Below, piece by piece: positions 39,207-48,331 of a DNA stretch of 64,000 bases (position 1 is the first letter of the stretch; every line of letters starts with the position of its first letter). A model generated the notes under the pieces. That model was not told the origin of the DNA, searched no databases, and was given only the letters and a program-made list of their open reading frames with translations. Location: contig CAVSQW010000008.1 in assembly GCA_963730185.1 (NCBI GenBank), positions 448,001 through 512,000 on the forward strand. The letters are read 5' to 3'. Both the position numbers and the translations under genes were made by a program. Source of the stretch: an uncultured Gemmatimonadales bacterium (lineage in GTDB: Bacteria; Gemmatimonadota; Gemmatimonadetes; Gemmatimonadales; GWC2-71-9).

Positions 39207-39421
39207 GGGCGCCTCCAGGCCACGGGATTGCCGCAAGATACCCAATGGTGCCGGCCTCACCAGCCGCCGATCCCGGCCACCCCCGAGGTTCCGCCGGTTC
39301 CAGCCCGGACCGCTCCGTCGCGGCCCGAGCCGGCGTACCCGCCTGGGGCCGGCTCGGGCCGAGGACCGGGCCGACCGCCGCGAGCACGGCGCAGAGCAGG
39401 GAACCGTAGGCGGGCTGCACG

Positions 39422-39607
39422 CTAGCCTCCTTCACCGGACGCGGCCGGGTCGTCGGCCGGCGGCGACCGGCCGGCGTCGGTGACCGCCCGTCGCAAGAGA
39501 TACTCGATCTGACCGTTGAGGCTCCGAAGCTCGGCGCCTGCCCAGCGCTGAAGGGCATCGTGCAGCGCCGGGTCGATCCGAATCAGCACCGACTTCCGGG
39601 GCGCCAC
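39422..39607 (-). CDS. Arc-like ribbon-helix-helix DNA-binding protein
   Basis: RKSVLIRIDPALHDALQRWAGAELRSLNGQIEYLLRRAV; follows the SPFH gene. Confidence 0.85.
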   Translation of the reverse strand: MAPRKSVLIRIDPALHDALQRWAGAELRSLNGQIEYLLRRAVTDAGRSPPADDPAASGEGG

Positions 39608-39614
39608 CGGTCGC

Positions 39615-40484
39615 TCACGTGTAGAGGGTTCCGGTGTTCACGATCGGCTGCGTGCCCCGTTCGCTGCACAACACCACCAGCAGGTTGGAAACCATCGCGG
39701 CCCGCCGCTCGTCGTCGAGGTGGACGATGTCCCGCCGCGAAAGCATCTCCAGTGCATTCTCGACCATCCCGACCGCGCCCTCGACGATCTTCTGTCGCGC
39801 CGCGATGATCGCGCTGGCCTGCTGGCGCTGGAGCATCGCGTGGGCGATCTCGGCGGCGTAGGCCAGGTGGCTGATCCGGGCCTCGAGCACCTGGACGCCC
39901 GCCTTGGCGAGACGCTCCTGCACCTGGCCCATGAGCTGGTGCGAAATGTCGACCGCATTGCCGGAAAGTGAGATCTGCCCTTCCTCGTGGGCGTCATACA
40001 CGTAGCTCTGGGCCAGCACCCGGAGCGCCGCCTCGCTCTGGATCTTCACGAAGTTGTCGTAGTCATCCACCTCGAACAGGGCCTCGGCGGTGTCGACCAC
40101 CTGCCAGACCACCACCGCCCCGATCTCGATCGGATTGGAAGAGTTGTCGTTCACCTTGAGCTTGCCGGTCTCGAAGTTCCGAATCCGGACCGAGATCTTT
40201 TTCTTGATCGTGAACGGGTTGGCGAACCAGAGGCCGGCCTCCTTCACGGTGCCCACGTAGCGCCCGAAGAGGGTCAGAACCTTCGACTCGTTGGGGTAGA
40301 CCGCGAAGATCCCGGCGAGCAGCAGGGCGGCCGCCACCATCCCGACCAGCGATAGGGCGACCCCGGCCGGTTGGGCGGTCTGGGCCGATTTCGCGAACCA
40401 CCAGATCGATAGGCCCAGGAGCACGAGGGCAGCCAGCAGCACGACGAGGCCGGGGGCAGGCTTGAGCGGGCGCTCTTTGATCAT
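39615..40484 (-). CDS. SPFH/band-7 domain membrane protein
   Basis: Two N-terminal TMs; [44 protein letters not shown] and [10 protein letters not shown]. Confidence 0.92.
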   Translation of the reverse strand: MIKERPLKPAPGLVVLLAALVLLGLSIWWFAKSAQTAQPAGVALSLVGMVAAALLLAGIFAVYPNESKVLTLFGRYVGTVKEAGLWFANPFTIKKKISVRIRNFETGKLKVNDNSSNPIEIGAVVVWQVVDTAEALFEVDDYDNFVKIQSEAALRVLAQSYVYDAHEEGQISLSGNAVDISHQLMGQVQERLAKAGVQVLEARISHLAYAAEIAHAMLQRQQASAIIAARQKIVEGAVGMVENALEMLSRRDIVHLDDERRAAMVSNLLVVLCSERGTQPIVNTGTLYT

Positions 40485-40515
40485 CGCATCCTCACTGGTT
40501 GGACACCGATTGGTC

Positions 40516-40543
40516 GATATCCATATGATATCACATAGATATC
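40516..40543. promoter_or_regulatory. Phased triple GATATC operator candidate
   Basis: GATATC at 40516, 40527 and 40538, exactly 11 bp apart, about 30 bp upstream of the SPFH start. Confidence 0.65.
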
Positions 40544-40610
40544 GCATGGTCAAGCTGCCCCGGCGGGGCCCGAAACGCCTTGCAACGTTTGACGTACGTG
40601 AGGGATCGAA

Positions 40611-41210
40611 ATGCCGGTATCACAACCGGATAGACCGTTGATTCAGACCGTGAGTGTTCCCTTGGCCCGACCGATCGCGCCGCGGCGCGCCGCCGACGCC
40701 GATCTGAGTGACGTCGCCCTGGCGAGCCGGGGCGACGCGGAGGCCTTCGAGCGGCTCTACCGGCGCCACGTGGCACGGGTGGCATCGCTGGCCCGTTGGC
40801 TGATCGGCGTCGAGGACGTGGACGACGCCGTCCAGGACGTCTTCATCCGCGTCTGGCAGAAAATCGATACCTTCGCGGGGCAGAGCGCGTTCGCCACCTG
40901 GCTGCACCGCGTTGCCGTGAACCTCCTGCTCCGCCGTCGCCAGAACCTGGGCCGCGATCGAGCCCGGCATGTCGCCGATCCCACCCTGGCGGAGACTCGG
41001 GCGGCGCGGCCGTCGGATCCGGGACTCAAGGTGGCGTTGGAGCGGGCCGTGGACCAGCTGCCTGCCGGGGCGCGCGAGGTCTTCGTGCTCCACGACGTCG
41101 AGGGCTTCAAGCACGAGGAAATCGGGGGGATGCTCGGTATCGACGCCGGGACCTCCCGCTCGCAGTTGCATCGCGCCCGGATGCTGCTTCGGCAGCAGCT
41201 GACGGCGTGA
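40611..41210 (+). CDS. ECF sigma factor (start may be the GTG at about 40650)
   Basis: GDAEAFERLY, VQDVFIRVW, TWLHRVAVN, VLHDVEGFKHEEIG and SQLHRAR. Confidence 0.92.
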   Translation: MPVSQPDRPLIQTVSVPLARPIAPRRAADADLSDVALASRGDAEAFERLYRRHVARVASLARWLIGVEDVDDAVQDVFIRVWQKIDTFAGQSAFATWLHRVAVNLLLRRRQNLGRDRARHVADPTLAETRAARPSDPGLKVALERAVDQLPAGAREVFVLHDVEGFKHEEIGGMLGIDAGTSRSQLHRARMLLRQQLTA

Positions 41211-41221
41211 GGGGAGGCGTC

Positions 41222-41878
41222 ATGCACACCGAATGGACCGATCGGCTGTCCCAGTACCTCGACGGGGAGCTCGACTCGGCAACGGCCCGGGCCCTGGAGT
41301 CGCACCTGGTTGCCTGTCCCGAGTGCCGGGCGGTTCGAGACCAGCTCAAGGTGGTAGTGGCGACCGCCCGCGGATTCGAGGGACGACCGCCGCCGACGGA
41401 CCTCTGGCCGGCTCTCGAGGCCGAGATCGAGCGCGCTCGGGCGGTGGCCCTGCCGCGACGGTTCGACTGGCGGCACCTGATCGCGGCTGGGTTGGTGATG
41501 GGCGTGGTCGGTTCCGGCGCGGCATTGATCGTGGCGCGCCGGCTGGCGTCCGAGCGTCCGGCCGTCCCGGCGGTGGCGACCCAGCCGCCGACCATCGGGC
41601 CGAGGCCGGCGGTGATGCTCACGTCGAACGCGGACTACGATCGCGCGGTTCGCGATCTCGAAGCCGTGCTGGCGGCGGGCCGGGCCTCCCTCGACACCGC
41701 CACCGTGCGGGTGGTCGAGGAGAGTCTTGCGACGATCGACAATGCGATTACGGAGGCCCGGGCGGCGGTCCAACGCGATCCGGCCAACGCGTATCTAAAC
41801 GGTCAGATCGCGGCCCACATGCAGCAGAAATTGGCGATCCTTCGAATGGCGACCCGCGCCATCGAGTCGACCTCGTGA
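41222..41878 (+). CDS. zf-HC2 anti-sigma factor
   Basis: MHTEWTDRLSQYLDGEL...HLVACPEC; TM helix; C-terminal helical domain. Confidence 0.88.
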   Translation: MHTEWTDRLSQYLDGELDSATARALESHLVACPECRAVRDQLKVVVATARGFEGRPPPTDLWPALEAEIERARAVALPRRFDWRHLIAAGLVMGVVGSGAALIVARRLASERPAVPAVATQPPTIGPRPAVMLTSNADYDRAVRDLEAVLAAGRASLDTATVRVVEESLATIDNAITEARAAVQRDPANAYLNGQIAAHMQQKLAILRMATRAIESTS

Positions 41879-41900
41879 CGAGCGGCAGGAACGGACCCTC

Positions 41901-42896
41901 ATGATCCAGCTTGGCGTGGTGACGATGCTGATGGCGGCGGCAATGCCGACGCAACAGCCACGCTTCGACACCGATACGACGTTCTCGGTGCGCGAGGGCG
42001 ATCGCCTGCGGGTCAAGAACCAAGGCGGCGATATCCAGGTCCGCGCGTGGGGCCGGAACGCGGTCCGGGTCCAGGCGGAGCACTCCCGCCGGACCGACAT
42101 CGAGGTGACCGTGAGCGGCGCGGTCGTCGAGATTCGCTCCCATGGCCGGATGGGCATTCCCACGACCGCCGATTACCAGCTGACGGTGCCGACCTGGATG
42201 GCGCTCGACCTCGGGGGCCTCTACGCCCAGGTCACCGTCGAGGGGACCCGGGCTCCGATCAAGGTGGAGACCATCGAGGGCGACATCACCGTGCGCGGCG
42301 GAGCGGAGTCGGTTTCGCTCTCGACCATCAACGGGCGGATCGACGTGTCCGGTGCCCGGGGGCGGATCGACCTTCACACCGCCTCCGACGACGTCGTCGG
42401 GCGTGACCTCCAGGGCGACATCCGGGTCGAGGCGATCAGCGGCGATGTGGATCTCCGCGACGTCGACGCCACTCAGGTCGACGTGCAGTCGGTGAGCGGC
42501 AGCCTCCTCTTCACCGGGCGCATGGCCGACCGGGGCAGCTACAGCTTCCTGACCCATAGCGGCGACGTCACCATCGGCATCCCCGAGCGGACCAGCGCCA
42601 CCCTCTCGCTCGCCACGGCCAGCGGGGACTTTCGGTTCGGCTTCCCGGTGGAGGCGGAGCGGACCTCGCGCCGGCGCCAGACGGTCCGGATCGGCTCGGG
42701 GAGCGCGTCGGTCGAGCTCGAGACCTTCAGTGGCGACATCCGCGTGGTCCGGCCCGGCGACGTGCCTCCACCGCGGGTGTCCGAACCGGGACGCCGGCGC
42801 CCCGATCGCGAGGACGACCGCGACCGAGACCGAGACCGAGACCGAGACCACCACGACCACGACTGGGACCGCCAGCCGAACGGAGACCTGCCATGA
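41901..42896 (+). CDS. DUF4097 (putative adhesin) beta-strand repeat protein
   Basis: Signal peptide; repeated T/SxSGDI/V units; DR-rich and His-rich tail. Confidence 0.85.
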   Translation: MIQLGVVTMLMAAAMPTQQPRFDTDTTFSVREGDRLRVKNQGGDIQVRAWGRNAVRVQAEHSRRTDIEVTVSGAVVEIRSHGRMGIPTTADYQLTVPTWMALDLGGLYAQVTVEGTRAPIKVETIEGDITVRGGAESVSLSTINGRIDVSGARGRIDLHTASDDVVGRDLQGDIRVEAISGDVDLRDVDATQVDVQSVSGSLLFTGRMADRGSYSFLTHSGDVTIGIPERTSATLSLATASGDFRFGFPVEAERTSRRRQTVRIGSGSASVELETFSGDIRVVRPGDVPPPRVSEPGRRRPDREDDRDRDRDRDRDHHDHDWDRQPNGDLP

Positions 42897-43840
42897 TTCG
42901 CACCACCGCTCTCGCTCTGGCGCTCGTGACGGCCGGCGTCGTTCCCGGTCGGGCTCAGTCCCGCGACTTCTCGTTCCGTCGCGAGCTCTCGAGCGGCGCC
43001 CACTTCGCGCTCCGGAACATCATCGGCGACGTGCGGATCGAGCCGGCCAACGGCCGCAGCCTCGAGGTGACGGCCGTGAAGCGCGCCGGCCGCCACGGCG
43101 ATCCGGACGACGTCGACATCAGGGCGGTCGAGATGGACGACGGCGTCGCGATCTGCGTCTTCTACCCGAACAGCGGCTCCCGAGCTGGCCGCGATCGGGA
43201 TGACGGCGATCGGGATGACGGCGACCGGGTCCGCGACGATCGGGACGACGATCGGGGTTCCCGGCGTTCGACGCGAAGCCGGCGGAGCGACCCCTGCCGC
43301 CGCGAAGGCAACTGGGGCGGCAACAATCGAAACGACACCGAGGTGTCGTTCACCGTGCGGCTCCCGGCCGGGCTGGACGTCGACGTCCGGACGGTGTCCG
43401 GCGACGTGACCGGTCGCGGTCTGCGGGGTCGGCTGGACCTCGGGACCGTCTCGGGCAATCTCCGCCTCACTGATGTGCAGGGCGCCAGCCTCGACGCCTC
43501 CTCGGTCAGCGGTGACGTCGAGCTGATCGACGTCGACGCCCGGGATGTGGGCGCCGAGACCGTGAGCGGGGACGTCACCTACACCGGCCGGATCCAGCGT
43601 GAGGGGAGCTATGACTTCAAGACCCTGAGCGGCGACGTTCAGCTGACTTTGCCGGAGCAGCCGAACGCCCGGCTTCGGGGCTCGACCTTCAGCGGCCGCC
43701 TGGTGTCGGACCTGCCGACGTCCCGGGACGGGCGGCGCCACCGGTCGCGCTTCGAAGCCAGCTGGGGCGACGGTTCCGCGTCGATCGACGTGGAATCCTT
43801 CTCGGGCGACGTCCGGATCCAGACCCGGGCCAGCCGCTGA
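42893..43840 (+). CDS. DUF4097 beta-strand repeat protein
   Basis: Signal peptide; TVSGDV repeats; internal D/R-rich insert. Confidence 0.85.
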   Translation: MIRTTALALALVTAGVVPGRAQSRDFSFRRELSSGAHFALRNIIGDVRIEPANGRSLEVTAVKRAGRHGDPDDVDIRAVEMDDGVAICVFYPNSGSRAGRDRDDGDRDDGDRVRDDRDDDRGSRRSTRSRRSDPCRREGNWGGNNRNDTEVSFTVRLPAGLDVDVRTVSGDVTGRGLRGRLDLGTVSGNLRLTDVQGASLDASSVSGDVELIDVDARDVGAETVSGDVTYTGRIQREGSYDFKTLSGDVQLTLPEQPNARLRGSTFSGRLVSDLPTSRDGRRHRSRFEASWGDGSASIDVESFSGDVRIQTRASR

Positions 43841-46263
43841 TGCTCCGCGATTTCGTCGCGGATCTCCGCTACGCCCTCCGCGCACTTCGGAAGGCCCCGG
43901 GGTTCGCGACGATCGCGATCCTCACCCTCACCCTCGGCCTCGGCGCCACGATCGCGCTCTTCAGCGTGGTCAAGGGGGTGCTGCTGACGCCGCTCCCCTT
44001 TCAACAGCCGGACCAGCTGGTCCTGATCGGCCATCAGTATACCGGCCAGGTCCAGCTCCACACCGGGGTATCCGCCGCCGGCTTCCGGTATTACCAGAAG
44101 GAGGCCCGCGCCTTCGCCGGCATGGCCGCGGTCTCCGGCTGGGACGCCAATTTCACCACCGGTGACGAGCCGGTGCGGCTCCGGGGCCAGGCCGTCGCCG
44201 AGGACTACTTTTCGACGCTCCGGGCGCCGATGGTGCTGGGGCGTGGCTTCACCCGGGCGGAGACGGAGCCGGGCGCGGACCACGAGGTGGTGGTGTCCAC
44301 CTCGCTCTGGCGGCGGCGCCTGGGCGGCGACCCCGCGATCGTCGGCAAGACCCTGGTCTTGAACGGCGAGGGGTACCAGGTCGTCGGAGTCGCCGGTCAG
44401 GGCGTCGAGTTCGGCGCCGAGCCGACCGAGATCTGGAAGCCGATCACCTTCACGCCGGACCAGCTCCAGTGCTGGGGGTGCGAGTTCATGGGGTTGGTGG
44501 CCCGGCTCGCGCCAGGAACCAGCTTGGAGGCGGCGCAGGCCGACCTGGACCGGGTGGCTCGCGAGGTCCGACAGTTGAGCGGCTCGTTCCGGGACGAGCA
44601 GTGGGGGCTCTGGGTCAACCGGCTCTCGGACGAGCTCTACGGCAGCGCCCGGACGCCTCTGCTCGTCTTGTTGGGGGCGGTCGGGTTCGTGTTCCTGATC
44701 GCCTGCGCGAACGTGGCGAATCTGCTCTTGGCCCGGGCGACGACGCGGGCTCGCGAGGTGGCGATTCGCACCTCGATGGGGGCGTCGCGGGGCCGGCTTA
44801 CCCGGCAGCTGCTCACGGAGAGCCTGGTGCTGGCCGTGAGCGGAGGCGTGGGCGGGTTGCTGGTGGCCTGGGGGGCGATCCGCCTGCTGGTGACCCACGG
44901 CCCGGCCAGCGTGCCTCGGCTCGAGCTGGTCCAGATCGACGGGACGGTCGTGGCGTTCGGGGCGCTGCTGGCGCTCGGCACGCCGTTGCTGTTCGGGCTC
45001 GGCCCCGCCTGGTCCGCGGCCCGGGCGAACCTGCACGGCCTGATGAAGGACGCTGGGCGGGCGACCGGCGGCGGGCTCGGTCGCTTCGGGGTCCGGGCTG
45101 CCTTGGTGGTGTCGCAGGTGGCGCTGTCGCTGGTGCTCCTCATCGGCGCGGCGCTGATGGTCCGGAGTCTCCGGCGCTGGCTCGCGGTCGACCCGGGGTT
45201 CGACGGCCAGCACGTGCTCACCTTCCGGCTCCAGCTGCCGGAGGCGTCGTATCCGACGGGGCCCAAGCAGGTCGCGTTCTACTCCGAGTTCGAGCGGTCG
45301 CTGGCGGCACTGCCGGGGGCCGAGGCCGTCGGCGGCAGCGTTGCGATGCCGCGCACCGGCGCCGACTGGACCCGGAGCTTCCGGGTCGAGGGGTTCGATC
45401 CGGGCCCCACCGGGGCCAGTCCCTGGGGCGACTTCCGGATCGTGACGCCGGGTTACTTCCGGGCGCTCGGGATCCGGCTGGTGAAGGGGCGCGGCTTCGA
45501 GAACGGTGACGACGCCGAAGCCCGCCGGGTCGCGGTGGTCGACGACGTCATGGCCGAGCGCTATTGGCCCGGCCAGGATCCGATCGGGAAACGGATCGGC
45601 CTGGGCGGTGACGACCGCGTCAGCTGGTACGATGTCGTCGGCGTGGCCCGCCACGTGATTCAGAACACGCCCCGGGACGACCGCCGGACCCAGTTCTACG
45701 TGGCCCTCGCGCAGATGCCGGGTTCGAGGCTCACCTTTGCCGTGAAGGCCAAGGGCGAGGTCCAGGGGCTCGAAGCCAGCGTGCGGGCGGCGCTTCGCCG
45801 TCTCGACCCGGCGCAACCGATCTTCGCGGTGAAGCCGATGAGCGCCCTGATGGCCGACTCGGCGTCGCAACCGCGGTTCTTGATGGCGATGCTGGTGCTG
45901 TTCGCTTGCGTGGCCGGCACCCTGGCGGCGATCGGCATCTACGGCGTCATGACGTTCGCCGTGAGTCAGGAGACCCGCGAGATCGGCATCCGACTGGCCC
46001 TCGGAGCGGGCGCGGGCCGCGTCCGCGGTCTCGTGCTCCGACGGGGTCTGGCTCTGGCGGGCACCGGGGTGGTCTTCGGGGTCGTCGCGTCGCTCGCCAC
46101 CGGCCGACTGCTCGCCAGCCAGCTCTTCCAGGTGAGCCCGAGCGATCCGGTCACGCTCGCCGGCGTGGCGCTGGGGTTGGTGACGGTCGCGGCGGGGGCC
46201 TGTTGGGTTCCCGCCCGGCGGGCGACCACGGTCGATCCGCTCACCGCGCTCAAGGCGGACTGA
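43840..46263 (+). CDS. ADOP-family (duplicated MacB/FtsX) ABC permease
   Basis: DLRYALRALRKAPGF, LIACANVANLLLAR, REIGIRLALGA and PARRATTVDP; no ATPase domain. Confidence 0.92.
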   Translation: MLRDFVADLRYALRALRKAPGFATIAILTLTLGLGATIALFSVVKGVLLTPLPFQQPDQLVLIGHQYTGQVQLHTGVSAAGFRYYQKEARAFAGMAAVSGWDANFTTGDEPVRLRGQAVAEDYFSTLRAPMVLGRGFTRAETEPGADHEVVVSTSLWRRRLGGDPAIVGKTLVLNGEGYQVVGVAGQGVEFGAEPTEIWKPITFTPDQLQCWGCEFMGLVARLAPGTSLEAAQADLDRVAREVRQLSGSFRDEQWGLWVNRLSDELYGSARTPLLVLLGAVGFVFLIACANVANLLLARATTRAREVAIRTSMGASRGRLTRQLLTESLVLAVSGGVGGLLVAWGAIRLLVTHGPASVPRLELVQIDGTVVAFGALLALGTPLLFGLGPAWSAARANLHGLMKDAGRATGGGLGRFGVRAALVVSQVALSLVLLIGAALMVRSLRRWLAVDPGFDGQHVLTFRLQLPEASYPTGPKQVAFYSEFERSLAALPGAEAVGGSVAMPRTGADWTRSFRVEGFDPGPTGASPWGDFRIVTPGYFRALGIRLVKGRGFENGDDAEARRVAVVDDVMAERYWPGQDPIGKRIGLGGDDRVSWYDVVGVARHVIQNTPRDDRRTQFYVALAQMPGSRLTFAVKAKGEVQGLEASVRAALRRLDPAQPIFAVKPMSALMADSASQPRFLMAMLVLFACVAGTLAAIGIYGVMTFAVSQETREIGIRLALGAGAGRVRGLVLRRGLALAGTGVVFGVVASLATGRLLASQLFQVSPSDPVTLAGVALGLVTVAAGACWVPARRATTVDPLTALKAD

Positions 46264-46405
46264 GCGACCGTCGCCGTCCCTCCCTCGGTCCGATCGCGTT
46301 CGACCGACCCGGACCTCGTTGGCTCAGCCTGGGCGCGTGGGTATGTTCCTTCCGGGTTTGCCAACGGGGTGACCCGCCCTTCGTCCGGCCTCTCGAAGGA
46401 GATCT

Positions 46406-47617
46406 ATGCGCGTCGAACGACGCGGCTGGCGCGAGCTCACGCCGCCTCCCGCCGATGTCGGCCCGGTCGAGCTCTCGGTCGTCATTCCCTGTCTCAACGA
46501 AGCCGATACCCTGGCGCAGTGCATCGCGCGGGCGCAGGAGACGATCGCCGGAGCCGGGATTGCCGGCGAGATCGTGGTGGCGGACAACGGCAGCAGCGAC
46601 GCCTCGCCCGACGTCGCCGCCCGGGCGGGGGTCCGGGTCATCAGCGTCGACGAGCGGGGCTACGGTGCGGCGTTGATCGGAGGCATCAACGCCGCCCGGG
46701 GGACCTACATCATCATGGGTGATGCCGACGCGAGCTACGACTTCGCCGAAATCACCAAGTTCCTGGAACGGCTCCGCGCCGGCGACGATCTGGTCCAGGG
46801 GTGTCGTCTGCCGTCCGGCGGGGGCACGGTCCGGCCCAACGCGATGCGGTTCCTGCACCGGGTGTGGGGCAATCCGATGTTCTCCCTGCTGGGGCGGTGG
46901 TGGTTCAAGGTTCCCATTCACGACATCCACTGCGGTCTGCGGGGTTTTCGCCGCGACTTCTGGTTCACGCTGAACCAGCAGTGCACCGGGATGGAGTTCG
47001 CGTCCGAAATGCTGATCAAGGCGGCGTTGAAGAGCGGGCGGATCGGTGAGGTGCCGATCACCCTCTATCCCGACGGCCGGGTCGAGCACCGGTCCCACCT
47101 CCGCACCTTCCGCGACGGCTGGCGGCACCTTCGCTTCTACCTCTTGTTCAGCCCCCGCTGGCTGTTCCTGGCGCCCGGCCTGACCTTGGTCACCCTCGGG
47201 TTGTTCGGTTACGTCCTTGCTTATCCCCGGCTCTCGATCGGCCGGGCCACGTTCGACGTGAACACCCTGTTGTTCGGCAGCTTGGGCCTGATCCTCGGTT
47301 ATCAATCGATTCTCTTCGGGCTCCTGACCCGAGTGTTCGCTACCGTGGAAGGCTTGATGCCCGAGGATGCCCGGCTCGCGCGGCTGTATCGGGTCCTCAA
47401 CCTCGAGCGTGGCATCGGGCTCGGGCTCGTCGCCGCCATCGGCGGCTTTGCTTTCCTCGCGGTGGCGGTAGGGGTCTGGATCGACGCCGATTTCGGACGG
47501 CTCGACTACGCTCAGGTGATGCGGATCGTCATCCCGGGGGTGACGCTGGCCGCCCTCGGTGTCCAGACGATCCTCTCCAGCTTCTTCTTCAGTATCGTCG
47601 GCCTGGCCCGACGGTAG
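46406..47617 (+). CDS. GT2 glycosyltransferase (polyprenol-phosphate sugar synthase-like) with C-terminal TM helices
   Basis: SVVIPCLNE, VVADNGSSD, GYGAAL, GDADASYD and GMEFASEM; four C-terminal TMs. Confidence 0.9.
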   Translation: MRVERRGWRELTPPPADVGPVELSVVIPCLNEADTLAQCIARAQETIAGAGIAGEIVVADNGSSDASPDVAARAGVRVISVDERGYGAALIGGINAARGTYIIMGDADASYDFAEITKFLERLRAGDDLVQGCRLPSGGGTVRPNAMRFLHRVWGNPMFSLLGRWWFKVPIHDIHCGLRGFRRDFWFTLNQQCTGMEFASEMLIKAALKSGRIGEVPITLYPDGRVEHRSHLRTFRDGWRHLRFYLLFSPRWLFLAPGLTLVTLGLFGYVLAYPRLSIGRATFDVNTLLFGSLGLILGYQSILFGLLTRVFATVEGLMPEDARLARLYRVLNLERGIGLGLVAAIGGFAFLAVAVGVWIDADFGRLDYAQVMRIVIPGVTLAALGVQTILSSFFFSIVGLARR

Positions 47618-47620
47618 CCG

Positions 47621-48331
47621 ATGGCCGAGGCCGAGTTCGACGCGTTTGCCGCGAGTTACGACGAGGATCTCCGGCGCGGGCTGGCCCTGACCGGAGAAGG
47701 GAAGAGCTACTACGCCCGACGGCGGCTGACGTGGCTGGCCGGCCGGCTGGCGACCATCGGGCTAACCCCCCGACGGGTTCTCGATCTGGGGTGCGGTACG
47801 GGAACATCGGCACCTCTCCTTCACGAGATTCTGGGGGCCGAGCGGGTCGTCGGCGTGGATCCGTCGGATGCATCCTTGGCCCGGGCCCGCGCCGAATACG
47901 GTGGGCCCGCGACCGAGTTCATGCTCCCCTCCCAGTGCACCCCGGACGAGTCCTTCGACCTCGTCTTTATGAACGGCGTGCTCCATCATGTACCACCGGA
48001 GCAGCGACCGAGCCTGCTTCGTGAGGTCGTCGCCTGGCTCAGGCCGGGTGGCGTCTTTGCCTGCTGGGAAAACAACCCCCTCAATCCCGGCACCCGCTGG
48101 ATCATGCGGCGAGTCGCGTTCGACCGGGATGCCATGCCGCTCCGGGCCGGCGTCCTGAGGGCGCTAGTCACGGGTGCCGGTCTTGAGCTGCTTCGAGTCG
48201 ATTTCCTCTTCATCTTTCCCCGCGTGCTTCGGTTCCTTCGCGGATTCGAGCCGGCGTTGGCCCGCCTGCCGTTCGGCGGTCAGTACGAGGTGCTCGCGCG
48301 GAAGTCGGTCAGGGCGGTCCCCGGCGAGTGA
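47621..48331 (+). CDS. Class I SAM-dependent methyltransferase
   Basis: VLDLGCGTG, GVLHHV and ENNPLNP. Confidence 0.88.
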   Translation: MAEAEFDAFAASYDEDLRRGLALTGEGKSYYARRRLTWLAGRLATIGLTPRRVLDLGCGTGTSAPLLHEILGAERVVGVDPSDASLARARAEYGGPATEFMLPSQCTPDESFDLVFMNGVLHHVPPEQRPSLLREVVAWLRPGGVFACWENNPLNPGTRWIMRRVAFDRDAMPLRAGVLRALVTGAGLELLRVDFLFIFPRVLRFLRGFEPALARLPFGGQYEVLARKSVRAVPGE

